Shown piece by piece: positions 51,067 through 60,735 of a stretch of 64,000 bases of DNA (its first letter is position 1; every line of letters begins with the position of its first letter). The stretch comes from an uncultured archaeon (GTDB taxonomy: Archaea > Thermoplasmatota > Penumbrarchaeia > JASLWR01). The notes beneath the pieces were generated by a model. The model made no database searches and was not told the origin of the DNA. It saw only the letters and a list, made by a program, of their open reading frames with translations. Where the stretch lies: the NCBI GenBank assembly GCA_964430885.1, contig CAYSHM010000006.1:1-64000 (forward strand). The letters are read 5' to 3'. A program made the position numbers and the translations under genes.

Positions 51067-54000
51067 TCAGCTTTCTAACTGAGCGAGCAGATTCTCGATC
51101 TTCTTAGATGTTGATTGTTTTGGTCCTGGGGCCGGTGGAGTGTTTACAGCCGATGTAGATGGCTGAACCGGGGCGGTTTTGGGGGGTTGAGTTGTAGGGA
51201 TGGTAGTCGTGGGTTGTGTAACAGGTAATGTTCTAGCCGGTGTTGTTACCGGGACCGTCTTTGGTGGTTGGGTTACAGGTGCAGTAGTCGCAGGCCGTGT
51301 CACAGGTACTGTTTTAGCCGGTGTTGTTACCGGGACCGTCTTTGGTGGCTGAGTTGCAGCAACCGGTTGGGTTACAGGTGCAGTAGTCGCAGGCCGTGTC
51401 ACAGGCACAGTTTTGGCCGGTATTGTTGTTACCGGGATAGTATTTGGCGGTTCTGTAGTTGTAACCGGTATTGTCTTTGGAGCATCCATTCCTTCCTGCT
51501 GGCTGGTTTCGGTCTGCTCAGGCAGAAGCTTCATTTCCGTACCTGGCTGTTGATCAGTTGATAATGGCAGTGATACTGTGGGTGTATCCTGAACTCCGTA
51601 GGCAGTCTCTCCTTGGTATTGAGCATCCTGTTCGTAATCCTGACCATAATACTCCTGAGACTGATCATAATACTCCTGAGACTGATCATATTGCTCATAT
51701 TGACCGTATTGGTCGTATTGCATCTGCTGCTGGCCTGCAGGAGCCATCGCTCCGGGATATCCGTACTGATCCTGCTGACCGTACTGCATATAGGACTGTC
51801 CCATTGGCTGCTGCTGAGGATATTGCTGCAGTGCTGCCCCTGCCTCCTGTTCAGGCATATCTTCATCAAGGAGATCGTCAAAATCAAGGTCGTCTATCAG
51901 GGTTGTACCTTCCTTAAGATCGTAATCGTCCGTTGCATCATACTTGAGTTCCCTAACACTGTATTTGCTTCTAATGATCGCCAATGCAAGAAGGATTATT
52001 ATAAAGCCGGCCATCACAATAAGCGATGCGTAAAGCCAGTCTTCAGGAGTGACGCTATCGTGATCATCGTGATCATCGTCATCATCTCCATTATCGTCAT
52101 CAATTTCAAGGACGCGTATCTTAGCGGTTCCTATATTATTTCTGGTATTGTTATCATCGATTCCAGTCAGCTCAACTGTAAGATTGAAAAGGCCTTTCTC
52201 GTTGAAGGTATATTCAAAGTTCTTGATCTCATAGACATTCCGCTCCAGATAGGTAATGTTCGTTTTGAATACCGGATTGTTCCTTCCCTCGACGTAAACT
52301 GCAATATCCAGTACATTGCCGAACTTGTTTGAATCAAAATATTGGTTGCCTTGATTGACCACTCCGAACTTGAAATTGATCCTCTCTTTTTCCTTCACCT
52401 TGTATCCGTCTGTCTTGGTGATCTCGTTTATGTAAATATCAGTACAACCGAACTCGAATTCAACTACCCGGATTATTACCTTGGTGGTTTTAACAGTGTC
52501 CGCTCCAAGTGTGATCCTTCCCAATATCTCAAAGGTGTATGCTTTAAGTTCCACATTCTTGGGCGGGCTGAAAGTAAGAGAGAAACTCTTTGTTTCCTTA
52601 TAGGACAGGTAAAGATTTTTCTGCGCTAATAACCCCCAGTCCTCACCATGTATCAGGAACGAAAGGGTCACATCCGAGTTCCCAGTGTTCTGGATCTCGA
52701 GATCTATTACGGTTGCCCCTCCCGGTATGGCATCATAGGTTACATTTGTAGTGAGGAATTGAAAATCCAGAGTTTCCAGAACTTCTACAATGAATAAATG
52801 CTGGAAAGTAATGTTCTCGTCCCCTTCTGAAGCCAGAACAAGCGTGAACTCATAATCCTTAGCTGAGGCGCCGTAGGGAATCTTGATATTGAACCCGAAT
52901 GTTCCGTTGAGTCCGAAGTCGACCTTGAATCTCTTCTCACCGATGTATATCCAATCCGGATACATTGATTCAATTGCAAAGATATAGGTATCCATTATAT
53001 TACCGATATTTGTAATTCGTGATTCGAATGATATATTGTCCCCTATATGCCCTTTCTTTTCAGTGATATTATAGAATATCTCAGCCTTGAAAACCGATAC
53101 AACATCAACTGTAAGCGCCACGCTGTCCTCATATACAAGAGGATCATCTGAAAGTACATTTACAATAAAGGTGTATTTCCCCACTGGCGTACTGGGAGGC
53201 ACCTTTATCCTCAACTCGATATCAGCGTCTAGGCCCTTTGGAAGACCCCCTTCTCTAATGTTTGTAGTATCGAACCACCATTCCCATCCCGCTGGATCTG
53301 AGGGATACTTGGCTACAACAAAGGTTCCTTCACTACCAATAATATCATCTAGACTGTTACCTACATTTTCAATGGTGAATACGAATGTTGTATAGTCCAG
53401 GGGTTGGCCTTCCTCGGGTTCGGGGGTCCCTTTGATTTCTATATCATAGATCTTTCTCACAGAAGTCTCCACCCAGGAATTCCATTTAGGTTCTTCCCTT
53501 TTAACAATAGGTTTTGCCCACAATGATGTGATCTGGGTCTGTCCGGCATCCGCCTCCATAGGTACAAACAATATTACGGATATGATTATTGTATCGCCCA
53601 TCTCAATGTTCAAGATCTCCTGGGTGTCATCTACCAGCTGAACAAGCCATTCATAGTCGGAGGATTCCGGCCATACATCATAGATGTCGTCACCGTTGCC
53701 GAGATTGGTTACCTGGAAATCGTAGATGAGCTGCTGGCCAGGGTCTACCTGCTGTTTTTCAGGCGTGGATATGTCGAGCATGTGGTCCAATCCAACCTCC
53801 ACTACAAATGGGATCATAGATATATTAGCCGGTGCCAATTTAGATTTCAAGGTGATGTCGATAGAATAATTGCCCACAGTGGCATTGTAGATGTCGCCTA
53901 CTATGATCTTTACTGTAAGACTTTTTACCCTTTCTGATTCAGGAGAGGGGCTGTTAAAGGGCGGTATTCTGTCGAATTTATCAGGATAAAGGATAATCTG

Positions 54001-54327
54001 CCAACCTGCAGGCGTATTGGTTTCCACAACGTAATCATCGACCATGTTTCCCATGTTTCTCACAGTGCAGTTCAGGACCACCAGGTCCCTTGGGAAAGCT
54101 TTCTTTGAGATGTTCTCATCAGTTTCAAGGAGAGGTGTGAACTTAGCAGCCCGCTTCTGGGATAAAGAATCCGTTTGGGGACTGTTCTCAGTTCCTAGAA
54201 TACCTACATTATTCCTATAGGAAAACATAGTTGCATCCAGACTGTTGAAAAGTATGATGAAGACAATTAGAATAGCCAATGATAATAGGTTTCGTTTATT
54301 TTGAGATCCCTTCTTCAAACATATCAC
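51067..54327 (-). CDS. Large single-pass surface protein: tandem Ig-like (COG1470/NPCBM-associated-like) and CARDB domains, TM, low-complexity tail
   Basis: Signal-like N-terminus; repeated (V/I).N.GN..D module starts; one TM near aa 765-787; acidic, Q/Y-rich and P/T-rich tail. Confidence 0.8.
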   Translation of the reverse strand: MICLKKGSQNKRNLLSLAILIVFIILFNSLDATMFSYRNNVGILGTENSPQTDSLSQKRAAKFTPLLETDENISKKAFPRDLVVLNCTVRNMGNMVDDYVVETNTPAGWQIILYPDKFDRIPPFNSPSPESERVKSLTVKIIVGDIYNATVGNYSIDITLKSKLAPANISMIPFVVEVGLDHMLDISTPEKQQVDPGQQLIYDFQVTNLGNGDDIYDVWPESSDYEWLVQLVDDTQEILNIEMGDTIIISVILFVPMEADAGQTQITSLWAKPIVKREEPKWNSWVETSVRKIYDIEIKGTPEPEEGQPLDYTTFVFTIENVGNSLDDIIGSEGTFVVAKYPSDPAGWEWWFDTTNIREGGLPKGLDADIELRIKVPPSTPVGKYTFIVNVLSDDPLVYEDSVALTVDVVSVFKAEIFYNITEKKGHIGDNISFESRITNIGNIMDTYIFAIESMYPDWIYIGEKRFKVDFGLNGTFGFNIKIPYGASAKDYEFTLVLASEGDENITFQHLFIVEVLETLDFQFLTTNVTYDAIPGGATVIDLEIQNTGNSDVTLSFLIHGEDWGLLAQKNLYLSYKETKSFSLTFSPPKNVELKAYTFEILGRITLGADTVKTTKVIIRVVEFEFGCTDIYINEITKTDGYKVKEKERINFKFGVVNQGNQYFDSNKFGNVLDIAVYVEGRNNPVFKTNITYLERNVYEIKNFEYTFNEKGLFNLTVELTGIDDNNTRNNIGTAKIRVLEIDDDNGDDDDDHDDHDSVTPEDWLYASLIVMAGFIIILLALAIIRSKYSVRELKYDATDDYDLKEGTTLIDDLDFDDLLDEDMPEQEAGAALQQYPQQQPMGQSYMQYGQQDQYGYPGAMAPAGQQQMQYDQYGQYEQYDQSQEYYDQSQEYYGQDYEQDAQYQGETAYGVQDTPTVSLPLSTDQQPGTEMKLLPEQTETSQQEGMDAPKTIPVTTTEPPNTIPVTTIPAKTVPVTRPATTAPVTQPVAATQPPKTVPVTTPAKTVPVTRPATTAPVTQPPKTVPVTTPARTLPVTQPTTTIPTTQPPKTAPVQPSTSAVNTPPAPGPKQSTSKKIENLLAQLES
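51235..51440 (-). repeat. Intragenic tandem repeats encoding P/T/V-rich units (KTVPVTTPA / RPATTAPVTQP)
   Basis: Near-identical DNA blocks such as GCCGGTGTTGTTACCGGGACCGTCTTTGGTGG and GGTTGGGTTACAGGTGCAGTAGTCGCAGGCCGTGTCACAGG each occur twice. Confidence 0.85.
51645..51690 (-). repeat. 21-bp perfect tandem duplication (YDQSQEY x2)
   Basis: CATAATACTCCTGAGACTGAT twice in tandem. Confidence 0.85.
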
Positions 54328-54513
54328 TTCCGAAAAATGGACTGTAAGCTGTGTTGAACTAAAGTGTAAAGAGCTATTTGATATTAAGACTTTTCTTTGT
54401 TGGTTGACACAGGTCTTTTTGACACAGTGCTAATTAAAAATAATGCGGGCAAATAATATATTATTAATTTGGCCTTTTTGAACAATCAATTCAAAATAGA
54501 GGATGTATTGGAA

Positions 54514-56742
54514 ATGGATTATGAAATGGATTCCTTCGGTATTGCCGGAATAGCTAATGAACTATCTGAGCTTCAAGGTGCATTTTTTGATAAAGCTTTC
54601 CAGCTGGAGAATGATGCTTTTATTATTCGTTTCAATCTGAGGAAGGACAAAATGACTGCAGGATTGAAACAATTACTATCGTTGGATCTGGAATATGCAG
54701 AAGGGAGGGATTTCAGTGAACTCGAGGAAATTGATCCCCATGAGACAGTTACAGGAGAAGAAAAGGTGCCTTTGGAGCATGAAGATCTCCAAGAAACCCA
54801 AAGGGATATTGATCTTGGTATCGGATCAGGCGGGCGATATGTTAAGGTCAGCCTCTGTATCCTGCCTGGAAGCTTGATGTTCTTAACCACTAAACGTTTC
54901 CAGCATCCCCGTCTGCCCCCTTCATTTGCCATGCTGCTCAGGAAATACCTCGGTAATAAAAGATTGTACAGGGTGGAGCAGCATAAGTTCGATAGGGTGC
55001 TCAAATTATATTTCGGTTCGGAAGAGAATATGGTAGTTATGGTACTGGAGATGTTCGGTAAAGGAAATGTTCTACTTGTAAAGGACTCTACGATCATCCA
55101 GCCCCTTTATTCAAGGTCATATAGTTCCCGAGAGCTTAGAGCCCGCAGGGAATATGTTCCTCCTCCAGACCGTTTTGATCCTATCCATGCCGGATACCCC
55201 GATTTGCTAGCTACGATATCCAAAAGCAAGGTAGATCTCATAAGGTGCCTGACCGTAGATCTGAATCTCGGGCCTATTGTCTCAAATGAAATAGTAATGA
55301 AATTGGAATTGGATAAGAACCTGAAAATATCTGAAATGGATTCTGAAGAGAAAAACGATCTAGCCAGATACGTGGAGAATTTCCTGTCTGATATGTTTGA
55401 ATCGGAGAGATTCATAATGTACCTTAGGAAAGAAAAAATCCAAACCGTCAGCTTGATCCCTTTATGTAAATACAATGACGAACCAGGTATTGAAGAGACC
55501 TCCTTTCAAACACTGAACTCGGCCATGGAGACTATTGGATTGAAGATGATCACGGATTCGGGTAGACAAGATCTTATTCTGGATGATGATGATGAAGTGG
55601 GAAGTCGGAAAAAGGCCGGTTCAAGTCTTGTTGATAAGATCGAAAGACGAATTTTTCAGCAGGAAAAGGCCATAGGCAGCTTCAAGGATACAATGGACAA
55701 GAACCGTGAACTAGCGGATATTTTTTATCAGAACTACAAAAGGCTGTCTGCCATTTTGACCGCCCTTAATGATGCCAAAGAGAATTTAGGCTGGGATGAA
55801 CTGGAGAAGAGGATAGCTGATATTCCGGATATTGAGGCTGTTGCCCCCTCCACTTCTATAGCCCGTATAGGTATGATGGACAAAGATGGAACGAAGATAT
55901 TTGCCGATCTTGATATAAGACTTGATGTTAACGAAAATGCTTCACTCTATTACAGTAAATCGAAAAAGGCGAAATTGAAAATAAAAGGTGCTGAAAAGGC
56001 TTTGGAAAAATCCCATAGGGATCTGAAAAGGGCCAAAAGAAAAGCAGATGAGGCAATAAAGCAGGAATCGGAGCTGCAGTCAGGAGATGACATGATACAC
56101 TCATCTCCATCAAAAAGATTCTGGTTCGAGAACTTCCGCTGGTTCGTTACCAGTCATGGGAATATTGCCGTAGGCGGGAAGGATGCTACATCCAATGAGA
56201 AGGTGGTAAAGAAATATCTGGATGCTGGATGCCGCTTCATCCATACGGATGACCGCGGTTCGCCCTGCGTTGTGGTCTTGCCAGGAAATGACGAAAAACC
56301 AATTACGGATAACAGCCTTTTGGAATGCGGGGTATTTGCAGTTTCTCATTCAAAGGCATGGAAGAATTCATTGGCTTCAGCAACTGCATACTGGGTCAAA
56401 CCTGAGCAGGTGAGTAAAACGCCTCAGTCAGGGGAATATCTGCCTAAGGGTTCCTTCATGATAAGGGGCAAAAGAAATTGGATGCCTAAACTGGAAATGC
56501 GGTTGGCCATTGGGGAGGTGGTTATTGAATCGTTGAGGAAAATAATGTGCGGTCCTGAAAGCTCCCTTTCAAAACATTCGGACCGGTTTGTTTTGATAGC
56601 TCCCGGTGAGATTGGCAAAAATGAGATGGCGAAAAAATTATCTCGGATATTCAGGTTTTCTAACAGTGAAATATTATCTTTACTTCCCACTGGAGGTATG
56701 AGAATAACAGGATCAAAAGGGATCAAAGAAGATAAATTATAA
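54514..56742 (+). CDS. rqcH: Ribosome rescue factor RqcH (Rqc2/NEMF, NFACT family)
   Basis: SFAMLLRKYL, QHKFDRV, LEMFGKGNV, WFENFRWF, GGKDA..NE..VKK, QVSKTPQSGEYL.KGSFMIRGKRN. Confidence 0.93.
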   Translation: MDYEMDSFGIAGIANELSELQGAFFDKAFQLENDAFIIRFNLRKDKMTAGLKQLLSLDLEYAEGRDFSELEEIDPHETVTGEEKVPLEHEDLQETQRDIDLGIGSGGRYVKVSLCILPGSLMFLTTKRFQHPRLPPSFAMLLRKYLGNKRLYRVEQHKFDRVLKLYFGSEENMVVMVLEMFGKGNVLLVKDSTIIQPLYSRSYSSRELRARREYVPPPDRFDPIHAGYPDLLATISKSKVDLIRCLTVDLNLGPIVSNEIVMKLELDKNLKISEMDSEEKNDLARYVENFLSDMFESERFIMYLRKEKIQTVSLIPLCKYNDEPGIEETSFQTLNSAMETIGLKMITDSGRQDLILDDDDEVGSRKKAGSSLVDKIERRIFQQEKAIGSFKDTMDKNRELADIFYQNYKRLSAILTALNDAKENLGWDELEKRIADIPDIEAVAPSTSIARIGMMDKDGTKIFADLDIRLDVNENASLYYSKSKKAKLKIKGAEKALEKSHRDLKRAKRKADEAIKQESELQSGDDMIHSSPSKRFWFENFRWFVTSHGNIAVGGKDATSNEKVVKKYLDAGCRFIHTDDRGSPCVVVLPGNDEKPITDNSLLECGVFAVSHSKAWKNSLASATAYWVKPEQVSKTPQSGEYLPKGSFMIRGKRNWMPKLEMRLAIGEVVIESLRKIMCGPESSLSKHSDRFVLIAPGEIGKNEMAKKLSRIFRFSNSEILSLLPTGGMRITGSKGIKEDKL

Positions 56743-56768
56743 TTAATAAGAGATTAAAAATGAAATGA

Positions 56769-56805
56769 TACCCCTCAGCTCATTTGCGATATCTGCTGAG
56801 GGGTA
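56769..56805. terminator. Inverted repeat between convergent genes (probable bidirectional terminator)
   Basis: TACCCCTCAGC…GCTGAGGGGTA perfect 11-bp stem, 15-nt loop. Confidence 0.6.
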
Positions 56806-56819
56806 AAATGTTTTAGATC

Positions 56820-57176
56820 TTATACTAAGGCACCATGGATTATTATGGCTATTGCTACCATTAGGCCTGCTGCAATGATTGCCATAGCAATTGGCTGATG
56901 GGCAAGCTCTTCGAGATTCAGCCAGTTATGCTTCATTTTATCTGTGACAATATCCACAAGCCCCACAGCCAGGAGGATCAGGACAAGTCCTATTGCCCAC
57001 CATGCAAGAGTGGAAACCACTTCACCGCCAAACCCATCTATTTTCTCTTCAAACCAGTCACCGCTGGAGGCTTCAACATCGACTTCCTGGGCACTGCAGA
57101 CTCCCGATACTGCCAAGATCAGGAAAAGTCCTACCATTCCTATTATGCTCAATTTTCTAGCGTTCATTATTTTCAC
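56820..57176 (-). CDS. DUF350-like membrane protein
   Basis: Hydrophobic helices; D..T…EEL…P.AMAI.AAG…IAIII pattern. Confidence 0.6.
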   Translation of the reverse strand: MKIMNARKLSIIGMVGLFLILAVSGVCSAQEVDVEASSGDWFEEKIDGFGGEVVSTLAWWAIGLVLILLAVGLVDIVTDKMKHNWLNLEELAHQPIAMAIIAAGLMVAIAIIIHGALV

Positions 57177-57448
57177 CTCGTAATTGGGATGATCCTAAAG
57201 ATCACAAATTATTAACCAGCAATGATAATCTTTTTATGAATAATCTTTGCTGAACACCATACTTATCGATTTCTTTTATAAATGTTTTTTCCCTTTATTG
57301 AATTGGGATTAGCATATCTCCTTTGATATTCACGGATCTGGTTTTTACTTTCCCATAATTTCAGGATAATTAGGTTATGGTTTTATTACGTGTATTAAAT
57401 ATTACCATGGTTTGGATTGTATTAATTCCTATCTCTGGAGAACTAAGA

Positions 57449-58174
57449 ATGAACTTTAAAAATAAAATAGGAACACCTTTGATAATCGGCCATAGGGGAT
57501 TAGGACCAAGTAAGGAGGAGAATACCCTTGGATCGATAATGAGGGCATTTGATGAAGGTGCAGATGAGGTTGAATGTGATCTCGCTATTTCCAGGGATGG
57601 ATTGGTATTTCTGCATCATAATAATTCAATTAAAATCATGGGTAAGGGTAGGATTCCCATCAACAGATTAGATCTATCAGAAATGAGAACTGTAAAACCC
57701 GATCTGGCAACGTTTGATATGCTGGCGAACCATATCTTCAGTGGAAAATTGGTATTGGAGCTAAAGGAACATTCAGATATGAACACCATTATCAAGAAAA
57801 TTCATTCAAAGTTTGGAACTTTTGTAAAGAAATGCAGGGTCATCTCTTTTTCTTTATCCGCATTGATCAATGTGAAGAAAATAGATCCTGAAATCCAATG
57901 CGGATACATTGCTACTCGGGTAAAGGGACGGTTCGAACCTCTGGTGAAGAAAAAGCATATACAGCTTTGTTTGGAACACGGATTAGAAGAGATATCCGGG
58001 CATTGGCTGGGATTTGGCGTAAAAAAGATTGAAATGGCCCGTAAAAGCGGATTAAAGGTAGGTTTGGGATTTATAGATAATAAACAGTCCCTAACATACT
58101 GTCTGCGCAACAATGTTGAGCATTTGTACACGAACAGGGTTGGATGGATAGCAAGGGAGATAGCCGGTCAGTGA
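57449..58174 (+). CDS. Glycerophosphodiester phosphodiesterase
   Basis: IIGHRG…ENTL, VECDL..SRDG…HH, LELK, ISFS. Confidence 0.88.
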   Translation: MNFKNKIGTPLIIGHRGLGPSKEENTLGSIMRAFDEGADEVECDLAISRDGLVFLHHNNSIKIMGKGRIPINRLDLSEMRTVKPDLATFDMLANHIFSGKLVLELKEHSDMNTIIKKIHSKFGTFVKKCRVISFSLSALINVKKIDPEIQCGYIATRVKGRFEPLVKKKHIQLCLEHGLEEISGHWLGFGVKKIEMARKSGLKVGLGFIDNKQSLTYCLRNNVEHLYTNRVGWIAREIAGQ

Positions 58175-58214
58175 AAATTCATGTTCTGAACTGATTTCAG
58201 CTTCACTTCTTTAT

Positions 58215-59414
58215 TTACATTTCGAGTATCATGACCACTGCATTACCGCCACCAAGACATAGAGTTGCCAGACCTCTTTTCGCACCCCTGTCTTTCATGG
58301 CGTATAACAGGGTTACAAGGACCCTACTACCGCTAGCTCCTATGGGATGACCTAGAGCTACGGCCCCACCGTGAACATTGAACTTATCATCAGGAATATT
58401 GAACTCCTTCTGAACTGCAACTGAAGCAGATGAGAAAGCCTCATTGTGCTCCCATAAATCGATGTCATCAACTGTCAGACCGTTATTCTCTAGTATCTCA
58501 TTTATGGCAGGAACGGGGGCTTCCATCACATCTTCTGGAGCGCAGCCGGATGTGTGATAATGGGCTATTGTAGCAAGGATAGGAATACCCAATTCCTCGG
58601 CCTTCTCTCTGCTCATTACAACAACTGCTGAAGCACCATCCGATATCTGTGATGCATTTCCTGCGGTTACTATGCCGTCTTTTTTGAACACCGCTCTCAG
58701 CCTGCCAAGACTCTCCATTGTGGTATTTGGCCTAACTCCTTCGTCCTTATCGAAAACAACGGGGTCTCCTCTTCTCTGGGGAACTTCCACAGGCATTATC
58801 TCGTCCTTGAATTTTCCTTCCTCAGTGGCCTTGACCGCTTTCAGGTGACTGTTCATAGCGAAGGTATCGACCTCTTCTCTTGTAAGATCGTAATGCTCTG
58901 ATATCCTCTCACCGGTAATACCCATGTGGAAATTGTTGTAAATGTCCCAGAGCCCGTCATGGACCATACCGTCCACGATCTCCCCGTTGCCCATGCGGTA
59001 TCCGTCCCTGGCCTTATACATATAATAGGGTGCCTTGGCCATGTTCTCCATACCGCCTGCCACTATGATGTCATGTTCGCCGCATTTGATGGAATTGGCA
59101 GCTATCATAATGGATTTCAAACCGGACCCGCATACCTTGTTTATGGTCATGCAGCCCTTGGTGTAGGGTATGCCTGCCCCGATGGCGGCCTGCCTTGCAG
59201 GGTTCTGCCCCTGTCCGCCCTGAAGGACCATTCCCATAATAACTTCGTCCACATCATCTACGGTGATGTTTGCTCTCTTGACCGCTTCCTTGATCACAAG
59301 GGCGCCCATTTCCGTAGCTTTCATATTCTTTAGCGTTCCGTTGAACTTTCCCAAGGCCGTTCTTACAGCCGATACTATGACTGGATGTTTCGATCCGCAT
59401 GACATATTTTTCAC
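58215..59414 (-). CDS. atoB: Acetyl-CoA C-acetyltransferase (thiolase, AtoB type)
   Basis: GQNPARQA, INKVCGSGL, TAGNASQISDGA, NEAF, GHPIGASG, LCLGGG. Confidence 0.93.
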   Translation of the reverse strand: MKNMSCGSKHPVIVSAVRTALGKFNGTLKNMKATEMGALVIKEAVKRANITVDDVDEVIMGMVLQGGQGQNPARQAAIGAGIPYTKGCMTINKVCGSGLKSIMIAANSIKCGEHDIIVAGGMENMAKAPYYMYKARDGYRMGNGEIVDGMVHDGLWDIYNNFHMGITGERISEHYDLTREEVDTFAMNSHLKAVKATEEGKFKDEIMPVEVPQRRGDPVVFDKDEGVRPNTTMESLGRLRAVFKKDGIVTAGNASQISDGASAVVVMSREKAEELGIPILATIAHYHTSGCAPEDVMEAPVPAINEILENNGLTVDDIDLWEHNEAFSSASVAVQKEFNIPDDKFNVHGGAVALGHPIGASGSRVLVTLLYAMKDRGAKRGLATLCLGGGNAVVMILEM

Positions 59415-59519
59415 CTTTTATTCTAACAGGATATGAATTAGATTTCCTGAAAACTTCATTCTGATTTAATTATATACCATTTTTCCAGAGATTTTCAGAT
59501 TTATGATTTTATTCCCGAT

Positions 59520-60620
59520 TCAACCAAGATATTGCACTAGGAATTTTTCCTTGAACTCCGGGAATTCGTCCTTTCTTATTGCATAACGAATGCGCTCCAT
59601 TAGACTCATCATAAAATACAGATTATGTAATGTGAGCAATCTCATTGCCAGCAGCTCCTTCACCTTGAACAGATGATATAGATATGCCCGGGTGTGCTCC
59701 CTGCAGGAGGGACATTGACAGCCTTCTTCAATTGGCCCGAGGTTTTCCTTGAATAATGTGGCATTGACATTGATAGTGCCGTAATTTGTAAGTGCCGACT
59801 GGTGTCTTGCGTTTCTTGTGGGAAAGACGCTGTCGAAGAGATCTACTCCCATATCCACAAGATTGATGATGTCCTCCGGAGTTCCTACACCCATGAGGTA
59901 CTTTGTCTTATCAAGGGGTAGGATGTCCAGCTGGAGCCTTGTCATATCATACATCTCCTGCTTGCTCTCTCCTATGCATAGCCCGCCTATACCGTATCCT
60001 CCGCACTGCAGATCTGCCAGTTCCTCAGCACTTTTTTTCCTAAGATCGGGGAATGTCCCTCCTTGGGCTATCAGGAACACCAGCTGATCATTTCTATTAT
60101 GTTTTCTAAGGAATATACCAGCCCAGTCAGTGGTTCTTCTCACCGCGTCAGCCACTCGTTCTCTGCCGCTGCCGTGAGGAGGACAATCATCCAGCATCAT
60201 TGCGATATCGGACCCAAGGGTTTCCTGAACCTCAACACACTTTTCGGGGGTGAAAAGCTCTGTCTTTCCATCGTACGGACTTTTCAGAAGTACGCCTCTG
60301 TCGGTGACCTTTGGTTCAAACCCTGATCTTATTATCTGAAATCCGCCTGAATCCGTGAAGATGGATCGATCCCAGTTCATTAAACCGTGAAGTCCTCCTG
60401 CCTTTTTGATAAGATCATGCCCCGGTCTTAGGTGAAGCAGATAGGCGTTGGCAATGAAATTATCAACACCAAGTTCTATAAGATCTCTGGAAGCTAATGT
60501 TTTTACCGAAGCCTTTGTGGCCACCGGCATGAAGCAGGGCATCTGCACTTCACCGTGGGCTGTGTGCAGTATTCCGGCCCGAGCCTTTGATCCTGTAGAA
60601 GTATGTGTGATTTCTAACAT
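59520..60620 (-). CDS. tgt: tRNA-guanine(34) transglycosylase, bacterial type
   Basis: FMPVAT, NAYLLHLRPG, TDSGGFQ, DDCPP, GGLCIGE, YLMGVG, FDSVFPTRNAR, CQCPSC…HNL Zn site; 366 aa with no PUA domain. Confidence 0.9.
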   Translation of the reverse strand: MLEITHTSTGSKARAGILHTAHGEVQMPCFMPVATKASVKTLASRDLIELGVDNFIANAYLLHLRPGHDLIKKAGGLHGLMNWDRSIFTDSGGFQIIRSGFEPKVTDRGVLLKSPYDGKTELFTPEKCVEVQETLGSDIAMMLDDCPPHGSGRERVADAVRRTTDWAGIFLRKHNRNDQLVFLIAQGGTFPDLRKKSAEELADLQCGGYGIGGLCIGESKQEMYDMTRLQLDILPLDKTKYLMGVGTPEDIINLVDMGVDLFDSVFPTRNARHQSALTNYGTINVNATLFKENLGPIEEGCQCPSCREHTRAYLYHLFKVKELLAMRLLTLHNLYFMMSLMERIRYAIRKDEFPEFKEKFLVQYLG

Positions 60621-60735
60621 ATGAATCAGATTGTTGATTGATAGGGAAGGATAAACTGCATTGCCCTTTATTTATTTTAATAAATGGGTATGGATTCTTT
60701 CAGATAGGACTGTGTAAAGATTCCGCTTAGGATTT

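Noticed and set aside
51235-51440. CRISPR-like repeat array
   Set aside because: The repeats are in-frame coding units with no unique spacers, and there are no cas genes.
54404-54427. TTGACACAG direct repeat in a divergent promoter region
   Set aside because: Two 9-bp copies only; cannot be distinguished from chance without comparative data.
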